Of a DNA stretch of 64,000 nucleotides, positions 32,407-47,100 are shown in pieces. The position numbers and the translations under genes were made by a program. Within the stretch, counting starts at the first letter, position 1, and each line of letters starts with the position of its first letter. The notes beneath the pieces were generated by a model. The model saw only the letters and a program-made list of their open reading frames with translations. It searched no databases and was not told where the DNA came from. This DNA is from Amoebophrya sp. A120 (lineage: Eukaryota; Protista; Dinoflagellata): positions 528,020 to 592,019 of the forward strand of contig CAJINV010000007.1 of NCBI GenBank assembly GCA_905178155.1. Reading direction: 5' to 3'.

Positions 32407-33749
32407 GCTTTTGCAGCTTGTTTTATTGATCTCACTTACAACACCGAGGGAGAAGAATGACACCTACACAACATCAGCTCGTGCAGCCACCTCCAGTGGC
32501 TTTCATCGTTTATCGTTCTGTCGAGTAGAAGAAAATAATTGCAAAAAAACAAAAAAACAGCCTCTTTCGATCATAATTTTCTTGTTTGTTCACCTTGTTC
32601 ACACGCGTTTTGACACCGATACCGAATTTTTACGTTTCTGTTGCAAGAAGATGAAGAAATTTACATTTTCACAACTAACTTGTTGCTGTACTACAGGCTT
32701 GATCTTTTTACCACAGTTTTAATGTTTCACTTTTAGCATTTACCAATTTTTGGACTTTTCACTTTAATGTCGTTGATGTCGCCCACGTGTTCTAACGCAG
32801 GTGTAGTATACTTCTAAAATATGTAGTGTGTCAGTACCGTGTTTCTACTTCACGAAAAATAGGAAAAAACAGAGAGGATTGAAGCTGGTACAGCCGTCGA
32901 GGCGGGAAGAGCTCGCGAACTTTGTTACTCCAGTCCGTCTAGAGCGACACAAGTTCCATACTTTCGCAGCAACTACGGGATCGAAATATACGAAACTGCA
33001 CCGAGAAAATTAATCACTGATCGCGCGTTGATATTTTTTGTTTCGTTTACCACTCAGAGGTACTCACAGACCTGTACAGTAAAAAGATAGGAACTTCAGT
33101 ATAGTTCTACGTCAGGCGGAAAGAAGATGAAAGTCGAGAATTGAGATATATTTGCACATATGGTTTGGAAAATGTAAAAAAAAATCCAAGAAGGTGACTG
33201 CGCGGCGGCATTTGCCGGACCACGCATGTGCTTCTGCTTGTTCTCCGCGTCGTGCGTCGTCGTTTTTTTTTGCGTCATCGTCAAAGTCGTGCGGTGCCCA
33301 GCAGTGGCAGGGTCTTCCTTGTGGAAATTAAACGAAAAAGAAAATAGTTTTAGAAGTCCACCGCGTGGTCTTTTGTTTCGTTCCTCCTATCGTAGGCTGA
33401 TCGTCCGAAAAATTATCATCGTGAAGTAAATCGTGTTCGTACGACTCGTTCTGGTTACAAAAAGTTGGTCTTCGTGCCTTGCGAAAAAGCGTGGTTCTAG
33501 GAGACCTGCTTCTTGCACTACGAAAAATTTGTCGTATTCTTACCCGTCGCTCTACCACGTCGACGACGAGACAAAGCACCTCCAGAGCGGAGACAGTCAT
33601 TCTTGTTAGCGTTGAAGTCCCACTGTGTCTATCAATAACCGCACCACAGCAGGAGGACGGAAGTAAATTGCTGGATAGATCATGAATGAACATTCAAAAG
33701 TTTCTATTCTAAGCAATAACAAACGGAGGACATCCATCGTCAAGTGATC

Positions 33750-36700
33750 ATGATCATGCTACTCCGGTGTGCGAAGTTCGCAGTTCTTCATCTTCTGGCG
33801 CATTGTTTTGTGGCTTCTCCATCTTCCCTATTTGGCCTCTTGGGTGTTTTGCAAATACGCGATGTCGCGAAAACCGCCGCGGCGGCTCGGCCCCGAAGTG
33901 AAGCCCACGGTCCGACGTCGGAAGAACTCCTTCTCGGTCGCAAGTACATTGGTGCACCGGGAAGAAACATCAACCAGAAGGCTATTTTGCGGGGACAAAG
34001 AAGAAAAGCAAGAATATCATCACACAAGCGCTCGTCGCTCCTGGAGCGGCAGCAAAAGCGGAGAAGGTCTTCAAAGTTTGCCTTCGCAGCTCGCAGTCAG
34101 GATGATCCGGGAGAACAAGTTGTCGTGGCGGGTCCAATTTCAAAGGATGTTGGAGCTGTGGAGATGAGTCCAAGAAGAACTACTTCGAAGCGAAATAAAG
34201 CGGGCAATAGCAACACCTCGACCTTGTCTTCCAATCTGTTGGAACTACAAGCGACACCCAGCACCGTGGGAGGACACATCTCTGTCGCCCCCGAGTCCCT
34301 CCTACCGCAGGGCCTGTCAAGACTCGCTGAGGGGAGGGAGCTCCATGGGCCGACAGACAGTGCAACAGAAAACGAAGGAATAGACGAGCGGAATGAAACA
34401 TTGAATCATGATGCTCCTGAGACGACAACAAGAACACATCATTCTCCTCAGCTGGAGAACAACTTCTACGCGGACGATCTTCGTGATGGGAACAAAAAGG
34501 GTATTGGAGCAGGACGAGGAAAAAGCTTATTTGACGAGAACGTCTATAACGTTAACGTGAGTGCGAGAGACAGAGACAGAATGGCGGACGAACACGATCA
34601 CGAAGCTGGAAAAACAGATACTACTAGCGTTCGAGTGGTGACCCGTGGAAGAACTACAACTACGCCGTCAACAGCTGGGAGCAGCAACAGCGCCTCCACT
34701 CCTGGTTCAACATCCGTGGGCGGTCATGAAAGTAAAACTAGTTCTTCTCTACCGCCAGTAGAAGATCAACAGGAACATCAACTACCAGTACAACAACAGC
34801 TAACCCGCGCGAGGCTGCAAGAAAGGCTTTTCGAATCCTGTATTGTCCAGTGCGCGCACGCGCCCGGGTTCCAGCCGGGAACGCCGGTGTGCGGTGCGGA
34901 CTTCCTATCACACAGAAAAAAGCTGGAGGCAGGGCATATTTGTAATGAAAAATAACTACACAAAAAAATATGCCATGGATGGCCCCGTAGCATGCTGTTT
35001 CGTATATGAAATACAGATCTTTTTGTGTATTTATTTTTGCATTACAAATGTGACCTGCCAGTTTTTTTCTGTGTGATACTTCCATTTTTTTCAAGACGTG
35101 AAGTTTCCGTCCCTCTGTTACGAGCAGTGCTACTACACGCAAGTGAAAGCGACCGTATGAAATGCAAAAATGCCTTGGTCTGGAACATTCTAAACTTGTG
35201 ATGCTGTTTCTGGATTCTGAAAAAATTTGTATTGCATGACCAGCAAGAGGACTCCAGTTTGTCCTAAGCAGAGAGGGCGTTTTCATGCGGCAGAGGTATC
35301 GCAAAGCGCTCTAAAAATCTGTGATGCTACGGCATGCATCACAGACATCATGGGTCACGGAAAATATGCAAGACAAATCTAGAAATCTTCCAGACCCAGA
35401 CATTTTTGCATTTGATAGACCGCCCAGGCGTACAACATCGACCTCATCCAGACCGCTGACACGGAAGACAGCAAAATGTGGGAGGTGGCGTATCCTGAGT
35501 AAAAACGCCCCCACGAGGACCCGAGAGCTGTAATGCAGATTTGCAATTCCAGGAATGTTTGTAATGCGCATCCGCATGATCCCCATGAGAGGCATTTGCG
35601 CATGATCCCCATGAGAGGCATTTCCAACCAGTGTTTGGCATTTGCAATGCTGCAAACAGGATATACAACAATACGAAGAGGAAGTTGTCATGCGTGACTC
35701 CCATGACTTCTCAACTTGTGTTGCTAAGTTCCCAAAAATCATTAACTCTAGGGTCGTGGGGACGTTTTTACACAGGATATGGCGCGTAAGCAAGCCTGGT
35801 TGTCTAGCGGACAGACGGGGCTGTCCGAGGCGGAGGTTGAAGCGGTGGCGCGGACCTTTCTCCACGTGCCCGGGGTGTGTCAGGAAGAGGGGATTCAGTA
35901 CTTGAACATGCTCTCAGAGGTCATGTTTCACGCCACTCTTATGGAAGTGTCAGAATCGAAATTGACAAAATCGAAAAACTTGTGATGCATGAAATCGATA
36001 CCAGTTGGAGCCTCAGTTTGTAAGTGGCGCGTGACAAATTTCGGGAGCCCCTAAATTCAGTCTGTCATGCTGTTTGGGCAAAGAAGACTGCTCCTGTCAT
36101 TCTACTCTGGCAGCACATTGTATACCCCTAAACACGCTTACAATCGGCCTCATTTGCCTGTTCCCCAATACAGGCCTTACGTGCCCTACATTTTACGCAT
36201 CACAAATTTTTTGATTTTTTCGATTTCGATCCTGACACATCCATAACTCTGGGAGACCTGCTACGGCACGCCGGAGTAGTTCTTGCGTCGCAGAAGAACA
36301 ATCATGTGGTAGAAGGACTAGGGCCTGCTCCTGCGAGGGACGACGAGAGCGGTACAACTACTAGCGGGGAACATCAAGTAGTAGAGCACGACATTGAACA
36401 ACAAGTACAACAAGACGCTGCAGGGTTGAAGATTAATACCAACAAGCCCCCGGCGCGGTCTCCAAACTACAGGGGAGCTGGAGAGGATAGTGCAGCTAGC
36501 GGCGAGGAGGGTTCATCCTGGGGCGTCGAGAACAACAGGGAGCAGGAGCAGGGGAAAGTCTTTTTCAAACGTGGCCGCGACAATTATGGCGGCCGGGGGT
36601 TGTGGGGCGACAAAGCAGGTGGATCAGGAGAAGAGGCGGAGACTGCTGGAGCGGCTGACGGCGACCCATTGCACGCTCCCCCTCCAGTGCAGTTAGATGA

Positions 36701-37436
36701 TGATGATGATGATGATGAAGCCAAAACAATGTCAAACGAAGAGGCCGATGTTGCCGACGCGCGCGAAGATTGCGCGCAGGCCATTCCCTCCTGGGCGCTG
36801 CTTCTGGTCGGCATCATCGGGCTGGTCATGATGTTGAGCGGCTTTGTGTGCCTCTGTGCGCAGTACGACTTGATACACAGCAACGCAGGGTATGAGCAGG
36901 GCGATGAGGTACTTGACGAAGATTCCTCTCGGTACCCCGACGGGAATTGGGCGCGGAGGACCTCCCAGCTGCAGCAAACCTACCGAAATGTGTTCATGAA
37001 CACGGACGGGACCGACTTGCTGCCCTCTAGTACCGAACAAGAGTCCGTCAGTGTTGCGCAGACGTTCACCAAGGCGCGTATAAATACTAAGTCACCCGCC
37101 CCTCCTGCCGCAGCAGCGCGAAACAAGCGTTCGCCCGGCCGCGCAGCTGGATCATCTGCAAATAAGCGGCGTGGCGGGGAGCGGCTACGAGAGACGGCGA
37201 CGGAAAGTGACTCCAGCACCGGCAACATGGGGGGCGGAGACGACCCGGCGTTTGGAGGGAATAGAAAGGCCGCTGTGCAAGTGCAGGGGAATAAAACGAG
37301 GTTGGCCCGCCCGGGCGCGAATACGAGTAGGAGTACAACGCAGCAGGAAAATTTTAAAGATCCGACTCGTCGGCCCGGGCAAGTGCAGGGCGGGGGCGCG
37401 AATTTTGCCAACCTGGTACGGGAGACGATGATATGA
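33750..37436 (+). CDS. Type-I membrane protein with Kazal-like domain (4 introners)
   Basis: Signal-like N-terminus. Spliced CIVQC..PVCGADFHFFQDVKFPSLCYEQC. TM WALLLVGIIGLVMMLSGFVCLCA. Confidence 0.75.
34906..35078. mobile_element. Family-E introner
   Basis: TATCACACAGAAAAAAGCTGG..CCAGTTTTTTTCTGTGTGATA; TSD CTTCC. Confidence 0.9.
35156..35417. mobile_element. Family-A introner
   Basis: TSD GACCG. Confidence 0.9.
35491..35779. mobile_element. Family-B introner
   Basis: TSD TGGCG; internal ~26-bp tandem duplication. Confidence 0.88.
35940..36245. mobile_element. Family-D introner
   Basis: TSD ACTCT. Confidence 0.9.
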
Positions 37437-38111
37437 GAGAAGACGTAGCTTTAGAGAAATATTCGTACGTCACTTCATGCATTATAGCATGGCTGACAGA
37501 TGAACTATTGCCCTCCATAAGGCATTGCCTCCTGCCTTGAAGACAACAAGCACAGAGCGAGATTGCAGCAGCGCCCCAGATAATCAATTCTATATCTTCA
37601 TCAGGCAGAAAAATAAGAAATTTGAGCCTGTTTTGTTGAAGGGAATGTGCAGAGTTTCAGAACTGCGGGTCGCAGGGTCTGCGTGGATGCTTCCTTGACG
37701 GGAAGCGGTGGCAGTGCACTTTGTTCTTTTTTTTTTAAACTTTTGCTCGAGGAGTGCTTGAGTGTTTTCCAAACAAAGAGAGATGAGTTGACACGTGTGC
37801 TGCCGACGTACATTCTTGAGTGCTGGCGGAGTTCAAAATTTTTTTTTTTTGTGAGAAGAATTATGTATCTTCCTAGTCTACAGAATATCCTTTTCACTTC
37901 CGAAGAGAAGTAGATATGGAATGCGGGATCTTCCGGAGCTCTGATCTAATATACTTTCAGATCAGTACTATCTTGTTCTGTCGATCGCAAGAGACGGCGC
38001 TGCTATGTTCGTGCTCCATCCAGGTCGGTTCGGAAAAATTTGCTTTCGCACTTCAACTTAATGTCTGATCAGTTTGCAAATTGACGAAAGACATTGACAT
38101 AATTGTCGAAG

Positions 38112-41100
38112 ATGTTCGGGCAGCAGCAGCAGCAGGTGCAAACACATTCGGGTTCATCCCCACCGGCTCCTCCAGCGACGGAGCAGGTGAAGCCGATTCT
38201 GGAAAAATTGAACGGGATCCGCCAGTATGAACTGGAAAAGTGTCTGGGTCTGGAAGAGTGCGCGACTTGTCATGCAGCTTTTCCATGACCCATGAGGTCT
38301 GGAATGCAGGATCTAGCATGACAGAGTCTGTGCGATCTCTCTCATGCCTATCCTGCATGAGAAACTCCCTCCCGACTTGGTCAAAACTGGACGACTTATG
38401 CTGGTAATCATGCAACACAGATATTTGCATGCTTCAGATTTAGCATGACAAGTTGCATTCCTCCAGAGGCAGACATTTTTACATTTGATAGCCAGCTCGC
38501 GGGAAACGCTGCGGAACTTCGCCGGAAGGAGTTTTTCGAGGAATCATATCAAATGTAAAAATGTCTGGGTCTGGAAGAATGCAACTTGTCATGCTGTTTT
38601 TGGATTCTAGAAAAATTAGTGTTGCATGACCAGCAAGAAAGGTCCAGTTTGTGCTACGCAGAGAGGGCATTTCTCATGCGGAAGGCGCATCAGGAAGCCC
38701 TCCAAAAGTCTGTGGTGCTAGGTCATGCATTACAGGCATCAGGGGTCATGAGAAATATGCATGACAAGTCTTGCATTCTTCCAGACCCAGACACTTTTGC
38801 ATTTGATAAATCACAAAGGCAGTTCATTCTGAACAACTATGCGGAGGAAAAACGTCCCCATGCAAATTTGCGCACGCAGGATGTTGGTGCAGGATGTCTC
38901 TCATCGACGCCGGCCTCCTCAGGAGCATTTTCAAAAACGTTGTGTTGGAATTTGTCATGCTGTAATTTGGTTTATTAGGTGAAGAGCGATTTGCGATACG
39001 GCCGTATTAGCTGCGCCTCCAAAGTCGTCATGCGCATCGAGATCGACAGCCAAATGCTGAATCTGTGTAGCAAATTTTCCGTCGCAACATTGCCATGGAA
39101 ACGTCGTTTTTGCACGGGATATCACCTGTTTCAACCTGTTGCTCGAAGACCAAAACTTTGACGAGCGCCTGGTCACGCAAGAGGTGTTTTGCAATGCGTT
39201 GCTGAAAAGCTACCACCACAATCCGAACATTACCAGCCTAGCGGCCTCTGCTTCGTTTGCCGCGCGGGGAGAGCAGGATTTTGCGCACGGTGCCGGCGGG
39301 GGTGCAGCACTAAACAGGGGGTCTATCGCAAGAAAAGACTGTTTCACTGTAAACTTGTGATGCGTAGATTGCAGCACAGGACGCATTTGTCTTGCTACAC
39401 ATGCAAGACATTGGGTTTTTCCACGTGTTTTCCCTTAGGAAGTACGCATGGCAAGTTGTCTTTGTCATGTGTAACGAACTTGTAGTTGTAATGCAAATAT
39501 ACTTGCAAAATAAGCCTTACTAGTGAAACACTTTTTTCTCGCGATAGGTTCAGGTGGAGGTTCATCTACTACGCCTCCTGCGGTAGCAGGGTTGAACCTT
39601 TACAGTCCCTACGGGACGACGGCAGCGCAGCATAATGTTGGCACCGGAAGTAGAACCGGTAGTATGCCGGGCGAGGAAGACGACATGGAAAATACCTTGG
39701 CGCCGCAGTCGTTTTTCAACCTGCACGCATTTGAGGACAGCATTTACTTCTTCACGAAAAGCGAAGATGAGCAGCATGATGAGCAGCAGCAAACGACCGG
39801 CACAGGGATGATTGTTATATCCCCGGACGAAGCAGCGGCAGCCCCGGACCCGGTCAGAGGAGAGCGTGAAGACCATGCACTTCACGGTTTTTCTAAGCTC
39901 GCCAGCGGTGCTGGCACGACTACCACGGCACGATTTGCCCGCGACGGCGAAGAACAGAGGCTCTGTGTACTACCCACCACAACAGCCGCCGCAGTTGTGC
40001 AAACAAGTGACAACAAACTGCAGAGCTGTATCGATGAGATACTTCGACCGGCGGATAGCCTGATGTATCTCGGGAACAGCGATAAAGATTTCGGTCATCT
40101 ACCTGGCAGCTCCGCGTCAGTTACGACTTCCGCGAACCATTACGCCCATCCGATGATTGCAGGAACGACTACTAGCAAAGATGGGAACTTGCTGGTATCC
40201 ACTTGTAAGCCAGTACCGAAAATGCAGCAATACAACGCTGCTCCAGGAGCAGACCACGCGGCGGGTGGAGGCTCGACGCAGGGGGGAATTCGAGCAACGG
40301 CGGTGGAACAAGCCGGATTTTTTTCAGCAGGGATGAATAACAATAAGCAGAACGTTTCCGCCACACCCTCGGTGACTCTGAAGGAAATCCGCCGGCAGAA
40401 CACGGCGTATGCGAAGAATTTAGTGCTTACTCCCACCCTGCTGAAGCAGATGCTGGTGGAACTTACCGCGTCGGATATTGTCCAGTTGTGCGACCTCCTG
40501 GCAGAAACGCTACACAAAGAGCAAACGGCCTACCGCACACTGAAAGTCCAGGTGGTCCAGGACGAGGAGGCGGAAAATCATGGTCAATCACATCCCCGGT
40601 CATCTAGTACCACTGGTTTTACTTCTTCTGCCACGGCAACCAGGAGCGCCGTGAAAAATGGCAAGCCCAAGGAGATCCTGTCGGCGACCTGTCTCTGCCA
40701 CTTTAACGGCTTCATCTACTGTGCGGATTCGGTGGCACATGTGATCTGGCGCTGGCACGAGTCCTGGTTAAGTGGCAGTGGAGGCGGGACAGCGACTTCC
40801 ACTACAGCCGCGGGAGGAAGCATGAACAGTCAGATTGTATCTTCCACCCCAAATGTTAATGTAGTTCGAGGTACTTCTGCTGGTGGTTCTACCAACACAA
40901 ATTATCGTCCAGGACGAGCCTCTTCGTCTGACGCCAACTACGCGGCGAGTCATAGTCCGTCAGCCTCAAGGAACAATGTCTCCGCGTACAGGAATCGTTC
41001 ATGTTCCCCCGCTGGTAAAACGAAAACCCGGAACGCCAACGCCTTAAGCGCTCTGTTGGGAAACAATCGAGGAGATCGGCATGGTATTAATTCGAACGGT

Positions 41101-44100
41101 GCGGCAAATGATCTCGTGGCGCTGCAGAATGGAGTCGACTGCAGTAGTAGCATCGCAGCCGCAGGAGGGGCGGCCGCCCACGGGTCCGGGTTCAATGCGG
41201 TGGTGGCGAATGCGAGGGCGTCAACGACAGCAGTCTCCGCTTTCGCTTCGGAGTTTGCTTCTGGACGAGAAAATTTTGATTTTCCCGCGAAGACCCCTGC
41301 ACCCTCCCCGCCCCCCTTACACCCGGTGATTTTTGCCGGGCAGTACAAGAAATTTGGTTACAAGGACGGTCCGCTCGCGAAATCCTTACTCCACGGGGTG
41401 TCCGGTATTGCGGTGTGTGCGAGTCGGAACTGTTTGTTCGTTTTGGACACGGACAACGACGCGTTGCGCAAGATACATTTAGACTTGGAAATCATCGAAA
41501 CCATACCGCTTCACGAAACCAGCGCCGCAGGACCAGTGGAGTCAGAGCTAGAACAGTCCAATGATTTCGCAGGGGGAGCTGCTGCAGCCGGCGGTGGCGG
41601 GAAAGGGAGATTTTTACCTACTTTCGGCCAGAACAAGCAGATAGAGAACAACGACGATGTCCTGCTCGGGGAGGATCGTCTAAACGTGAGTCATCTGCCA
41701 AATTCAGATGGAAAAGTAGTAGGAAAGAGAAAAAATTTGAATTTCCCAACTACAAGTAGCTATAATGACGAGGAAACCGACGAAAATAGACTACACATTT
41801 CGTCCCCCCAGGACGTCGAAACCTTCGGCCACCGAATCCGGCCGCGGTGTTTCCGGGCTCCGAAGTGCCTCACCGTACTGAACGGCGACAACGATTTTTT
41901 GCACAAGATTGACCTGGCGCAGGCCCGGCGGATCGCGGAGCAAATGGTGGACTCCTCGACCGAGTCGTCGGATTCAACGGACTCAGAAGATGAGTCATCG
42001 GATGTAGAGGACAGCAGTAGAAGTGGGATCAACAACTCCACCTCGAGCAGCCCGTCGGAAGGACAGAGCAACTCTGCGGAAAACGATCAACCAAGTATAA
42101 TCGCGTCGGACCAACGGGAAATGAGTGAGGATTCTAGGCCCGCTGCTGGCCCCCGCACCAGGAGCTGCTCCTCGGGTCAAAGCCTAGCGAGGAACGAAGG
42201 TAGTGATGATTCTCCGTCCTCTTCGCGAGGAGGCTCATTGTCAGGAAGGGCCAACTACGAAGATGGGGAGAGAGACGATGGAGGTCGGAACGTCGGCGGA
42301 CAGGAAGCGATTTTGAAATTGAAGAACAGAACATGTGAAGACGATTCTGACTTATCTGCAACGGGGGCTGGAAAGGACAATTTGAAGCATGAAGATCATG
42401 ATGCGGACCACACCTCCGACGTCTTACTCGTCGCAGGGAAATTTCAAGAACAGCAAGGTTCTGGACACTCAGAACCAGAATCCGCCGGCGAAGTCGCTGA
42501 AGTCCAGAAAACGAAGAAGAAATCTTCGCTGACGTCGAAAAGCCGAAAAACTTTGACCGGAGTAGCTGGTAGTAGTGCAGCAGCGCCTGGGAAGAAAAAG
42601 AATTCCCAAAAGATTGTGCCTTCTGTCAAAATCAGTATCAATGATTGCGAAATGGTTCAGATGGAGGACACGGGCGCTGCTATTCAAGGAGACACTGGTC
42701 GTGATCATTCGAAGGTTGCAACTGCAAGCAATGCTGCGGAGGATGAAGAGGACTGCGAGGACAGCGCCAAGGATATTGATGACACGAACACTGCTAAGAA
42801 TAACAGCGAAAGCAAAAGTGCCCAGCACCAGATCGTTCCTGCTACAAGCAATACGACATCAGGCGCGTCGAAAAGAACATCGACTGTTCCTCCGAGAGCC
42901 AGCACAGCAACCCCACAACAACAGCAAACGCATTCTCAACCGACGAAAAAATCGCGCAACACTTTGAAGCACATGAACCTAACGGACGTTAGGGAGACGC
43001 TTATCCTGAACAAAAACATCCCCACCCCAGAGTTGTCATGCAAATCTGCATGCCAAAAAAGTTTCTCATGCGATGAAGTCCCATGGCAGCCATTTTCTCA
43101 TGCTATCTGGGAGTTTGTCATGCTGGAATCAGGATAAGGAAGTCAATTTGTCATGCTGTTGCACTAGCTCAACAGGATTTTACTGCGAGGCCAAACTTGT
43201 CATGCTCGACAGTGACAACTGGGAGATTTGTGTTGCAGATTTCCCATCTTGATGACTCTGGTGTGGGGACGTTTTTCGTCCTGATAACGCTACTGAAACT
43301 CGTTCCCGAAACGCTCGACCCGGGGCGGCGGAAATACAGCATCATGGCTATTGAGAGGAAAAATCCCTCCTCCCCATATTGAAACGGGATGTTTTCGATC
43401 GAAAATTTGTGTTGCTGATTTGAGGTCACAAATCACATTTGTCTTGCAAGAAGACAAGGGCAGAAGCTTCCGTCCGATTATGGCAGCGATTTGCCATGCT
43501 GTTGGGCCTAAAGATCAGCCGTTTGCAATGCTGAACAACTAGACCCATACGCCCCTGGCTAGCCTGGGGATCTGGCCGATATGCCCTCCGCAATATAGAG
43601 CGGATTTGTGTACACAAATCGGGCATCAGAAGTTCCGTTCTGATGTGGGGAGGGGGGATTTTTCCTTTCGATAATGGCCGACGAAGCGCCCCTCCGGCCG
43701 CCGACCGACCGGGCTTTGTCGGTTTTGTCAAAAATCTCCGGGCCGGTCAGGTCCAGAAGCGCCAGCCGCGCGATGAGTATCTGCAGAAATGACAGTACCG
43801 ACGGGGAGATTGATGTTGTGGGGACTGATAATATCGCGACAGAAGGTAACGACCACGTGAAGACCAAGATGCCAAAATTTGTGGAAAACAACACCAGTTT
43901 CTTGATGCAAGACGAGATGTTGAAAACTACAACCGGTGTAGATGTAGAAGTTGCAGCTTCCTCGAAGAACAAAGGGTTCTTTGAAAACACCAGCAAGCAG
44001 AATTCCACCAAGAAAAGCACCTCCAAAGAAAAGGGCAGTAAGCTGATCACGGTTGCGCACCGGAAAGATAAGAAGCTACTGCTGGATACCACCTTGGACG

Positions 44101-47100
44101 AGCAAAAAAGACCTTGCGACGGCGTAACTCCTGGTATGACGAAAGAGCCGAACCTGCTGGTGGCGTCGGCGATTGACAATGCTTACCGAGAGATTGATGA
44201 TCGGGAGAACACTACGGTGAAGAAGGACAAAAACTCCCTCGACGACGATGAGGAACTATTGGACGACAACCAACCCATGACACGACTGGTGATCTCTGCA
44301 GACCACATGATTTGGTATGTAAACCCAGACTCCGGCAGCTGCGATGTGCTCGCGGGCGACCGGGAAGGCGGCTATGGGTATCGGGACGATGTTTCCGGGA
44401 AGCTGTCCCGGTTTTCGTCGCCGAAGGGCCTGGTGTATGCACTGCTAATATGTCTGGCTCTGGAAATCGAAATTTGTGTTGCTCATACTCGCATTGCAGC
44501 CTAGCCGCATCTACGAAATAACAGCATCAGAAGTGTTGCGAGGCTTATTGCAGATTCATTCGTGGAATGCATGACAAACTACTTACCATGTCCAGCACGA
44601 CAAAAAAGTTATGGCCAAACGCATTCATGCATATGCATCACAGATCTTCTTGTCCTTCACTTCTCGCATCACAAATCCAGACCCAGACGTATTTGCAATG
44701 CATATGGTGCAAATCCGGACAATCCTCTTTGTGTCGGACTACTGGAACAACGTGATTCGCTCAGTGAACCTGCTGACCACGCAGGTTGACACGGTCTTGG
44801 ATATCACGCCTATCGGTCCGGTTTCGTTCGCGATTGCGCCAGACAACGGGATCTTGTACGTTTTAGACGCTGAATACATCCACTACATAAACGTCCTCCG
44901 CATCACCTCCGCGCCGAACAGCAAGGGAAGGCAAAACAACGAGCTCTCCGACGCGTTGTCCGGGGGTCTCTCCAGTGCGGACCGGCACGATTTTAACAGT
45001 GAGAAGGAGGCGATTTTCAGCGGTCACCGGTCGCGCGCGTCCTCTATCGCGAGCGGCATGACCACCGCGACGGCGCAGACGGAGCTTATCCTGAGGAAAA
45101 GCGTTCCCAAGTCGGAATCTCTGCAACACAAATCCGGAAGTTTTGGCAGTCACGCATGACAAGTTTGTCGCTGTACTTATTGTATCAGAAATGCAGGTGG
45201 CCAAGGACAGCCGCAGTACAAAGCCACCATCCAAGAATTCTGTTCACAGCTTTACAAATCCAAAAACACGATTGGAAACGCCTCTGTCGGAGATGCCCAC
45301 CACAAGCGTTCCGTTAGTTCTGGCTTGGAAACACTTTTGCTCAGGATAGAGCTGTGGGATTCTCTAGCCAGAAAGGGCCTGAACGTGCAGCGGCCGAGTC
45401 AGATCATGATGAACCTGGCGAACAGCAATATGTCGTCGATTAACCTCTCCGCCGACCGGTTGAGCAGGTTGGGGAACCAGAACGCCGACAGGATCGGCAC
45501 CGGGGAACTGTTATCAAATGCAAAAGTGTCTGGGTCTGGAAGAATGCAAGATTTGTGATGCATATTTCTCATGACCCATGATTGTCTGTGATGTATGCTC
45601 TAGCACCACAGATTTTTAGAACCCTTCCTGATTATGCACCTTCCGCATGAGAAATGCCCTGGCCGTGTAGCAAAAACTGTGCCCCTCTTACTGGTCATGC
45701 AATACAAACTTTCTTAGAGTCCAAAAACAGCATGACAAGTTGCAATCCTCCAGACCCAGACATTTTTGCAGTTGATAACTGCATGGAAATAGCCACTTGA
45801 TAGTACCCGGGGGAGGAGGTGCAGGCGCTGCTGGTACAACTACTGCGTCTCTAGGATCGGACGACGGTAATGGAGGTTCAAACAATGTTCGAAAATCGCT
45901 CCTGTCAACAGGCTCAGGTAATCATGGAGTGAACAGCACAAACAGTGAGACCAACTTCCTTTCCGGTCTGAAAGCCGGGTTTTTGAACACTTTAAACTCG
46001 CTGCACAACGACGAACACATCTCTGACAAGAAGAAAAAGAAGAAAAAGCGGGCGGAAGTGAAGGAATTTTTGGCGAAAAATCTACCAGTTGGTGGAAGTG
46101 CGTTCGTTCCGGGAAATAATCCCGAGAATGGCCTTCACCAGTCGCAACCAGCAGCTGGTGGTGGTGGTGGTAGCTCCTCTCACCCGCATCCACCAGTGCA
46201 GCACCAAAAAGAGCAGAAGCCGGACATTGATGAGATGCTGCAGAAGCACCGAAAGTCGATCGCGATTACCAGCGCAGCGGCGGCAGCGGCTCCAAACTAC
46301 GGGGCAGGAGGATTGAACCCAAACTTCCCCCACCACCAAATGGTGCAGCTGCAGCCGACGGCGATGACGCTGTCTGATTTGGGTGTTGTCGGGCCGAGTC
46401 GCCGGGGCTCGATGCTGCACGTGGGCAGCAGCGATTTTACGCGCCGGACGAGTGTGTCCCAGAGCCGGAGGGGGTCTATTGTGAGGAAAAAACCCCCCAC
46501 CCCATATTGAAAGCGCATCCTTCTGAAAATCTGTGATGCGTATTTGTGACCACAAATCCTATCTGTCTTGCATGCGGGCAAATCCAGAAAATCCGCCGCA
46601 TTATGCAGGCGGTTTGTGATGCTATTGGGCCTACGCCATCGACGTTTTTCATGCTAGGAGCCTACGCCAAAACGTCGTGGCTCAGGCTTGGCATATGCCT
46701 GCAGTCCTCTACTGCAAGACAAATCTGATTTGTGTAGTAAAGTCCAGCATCAGAAACTTCTTTTTGATATGGGGTGGGGGGATTTTTCCTATTGATAGGG
46801 TCCAGTTTGAATTTACTGAACAACGCGGTTGACGAAGAGTCGGAAAATATCAACCTGCAAGTTTCCAACTACGCGAGTCAGCAACGCAGGAAATCTATCC
46901 CACAGAAAAAAGCTGGCAGGGCACATTTGTAATGCAAAAATAAACACACAGAAAAATCTGTCATGGGCGGGCTCATAGCATACTATTTAGGATATGCAAT
47001 GCAAATTTTTTTGTCTATTTATTTTTGCATTACAAACATGACCTGCCAGCTTTTTTCTGTGTGATAAAATCCAGCGTCGCTGCCTTGAACATGCAACTGG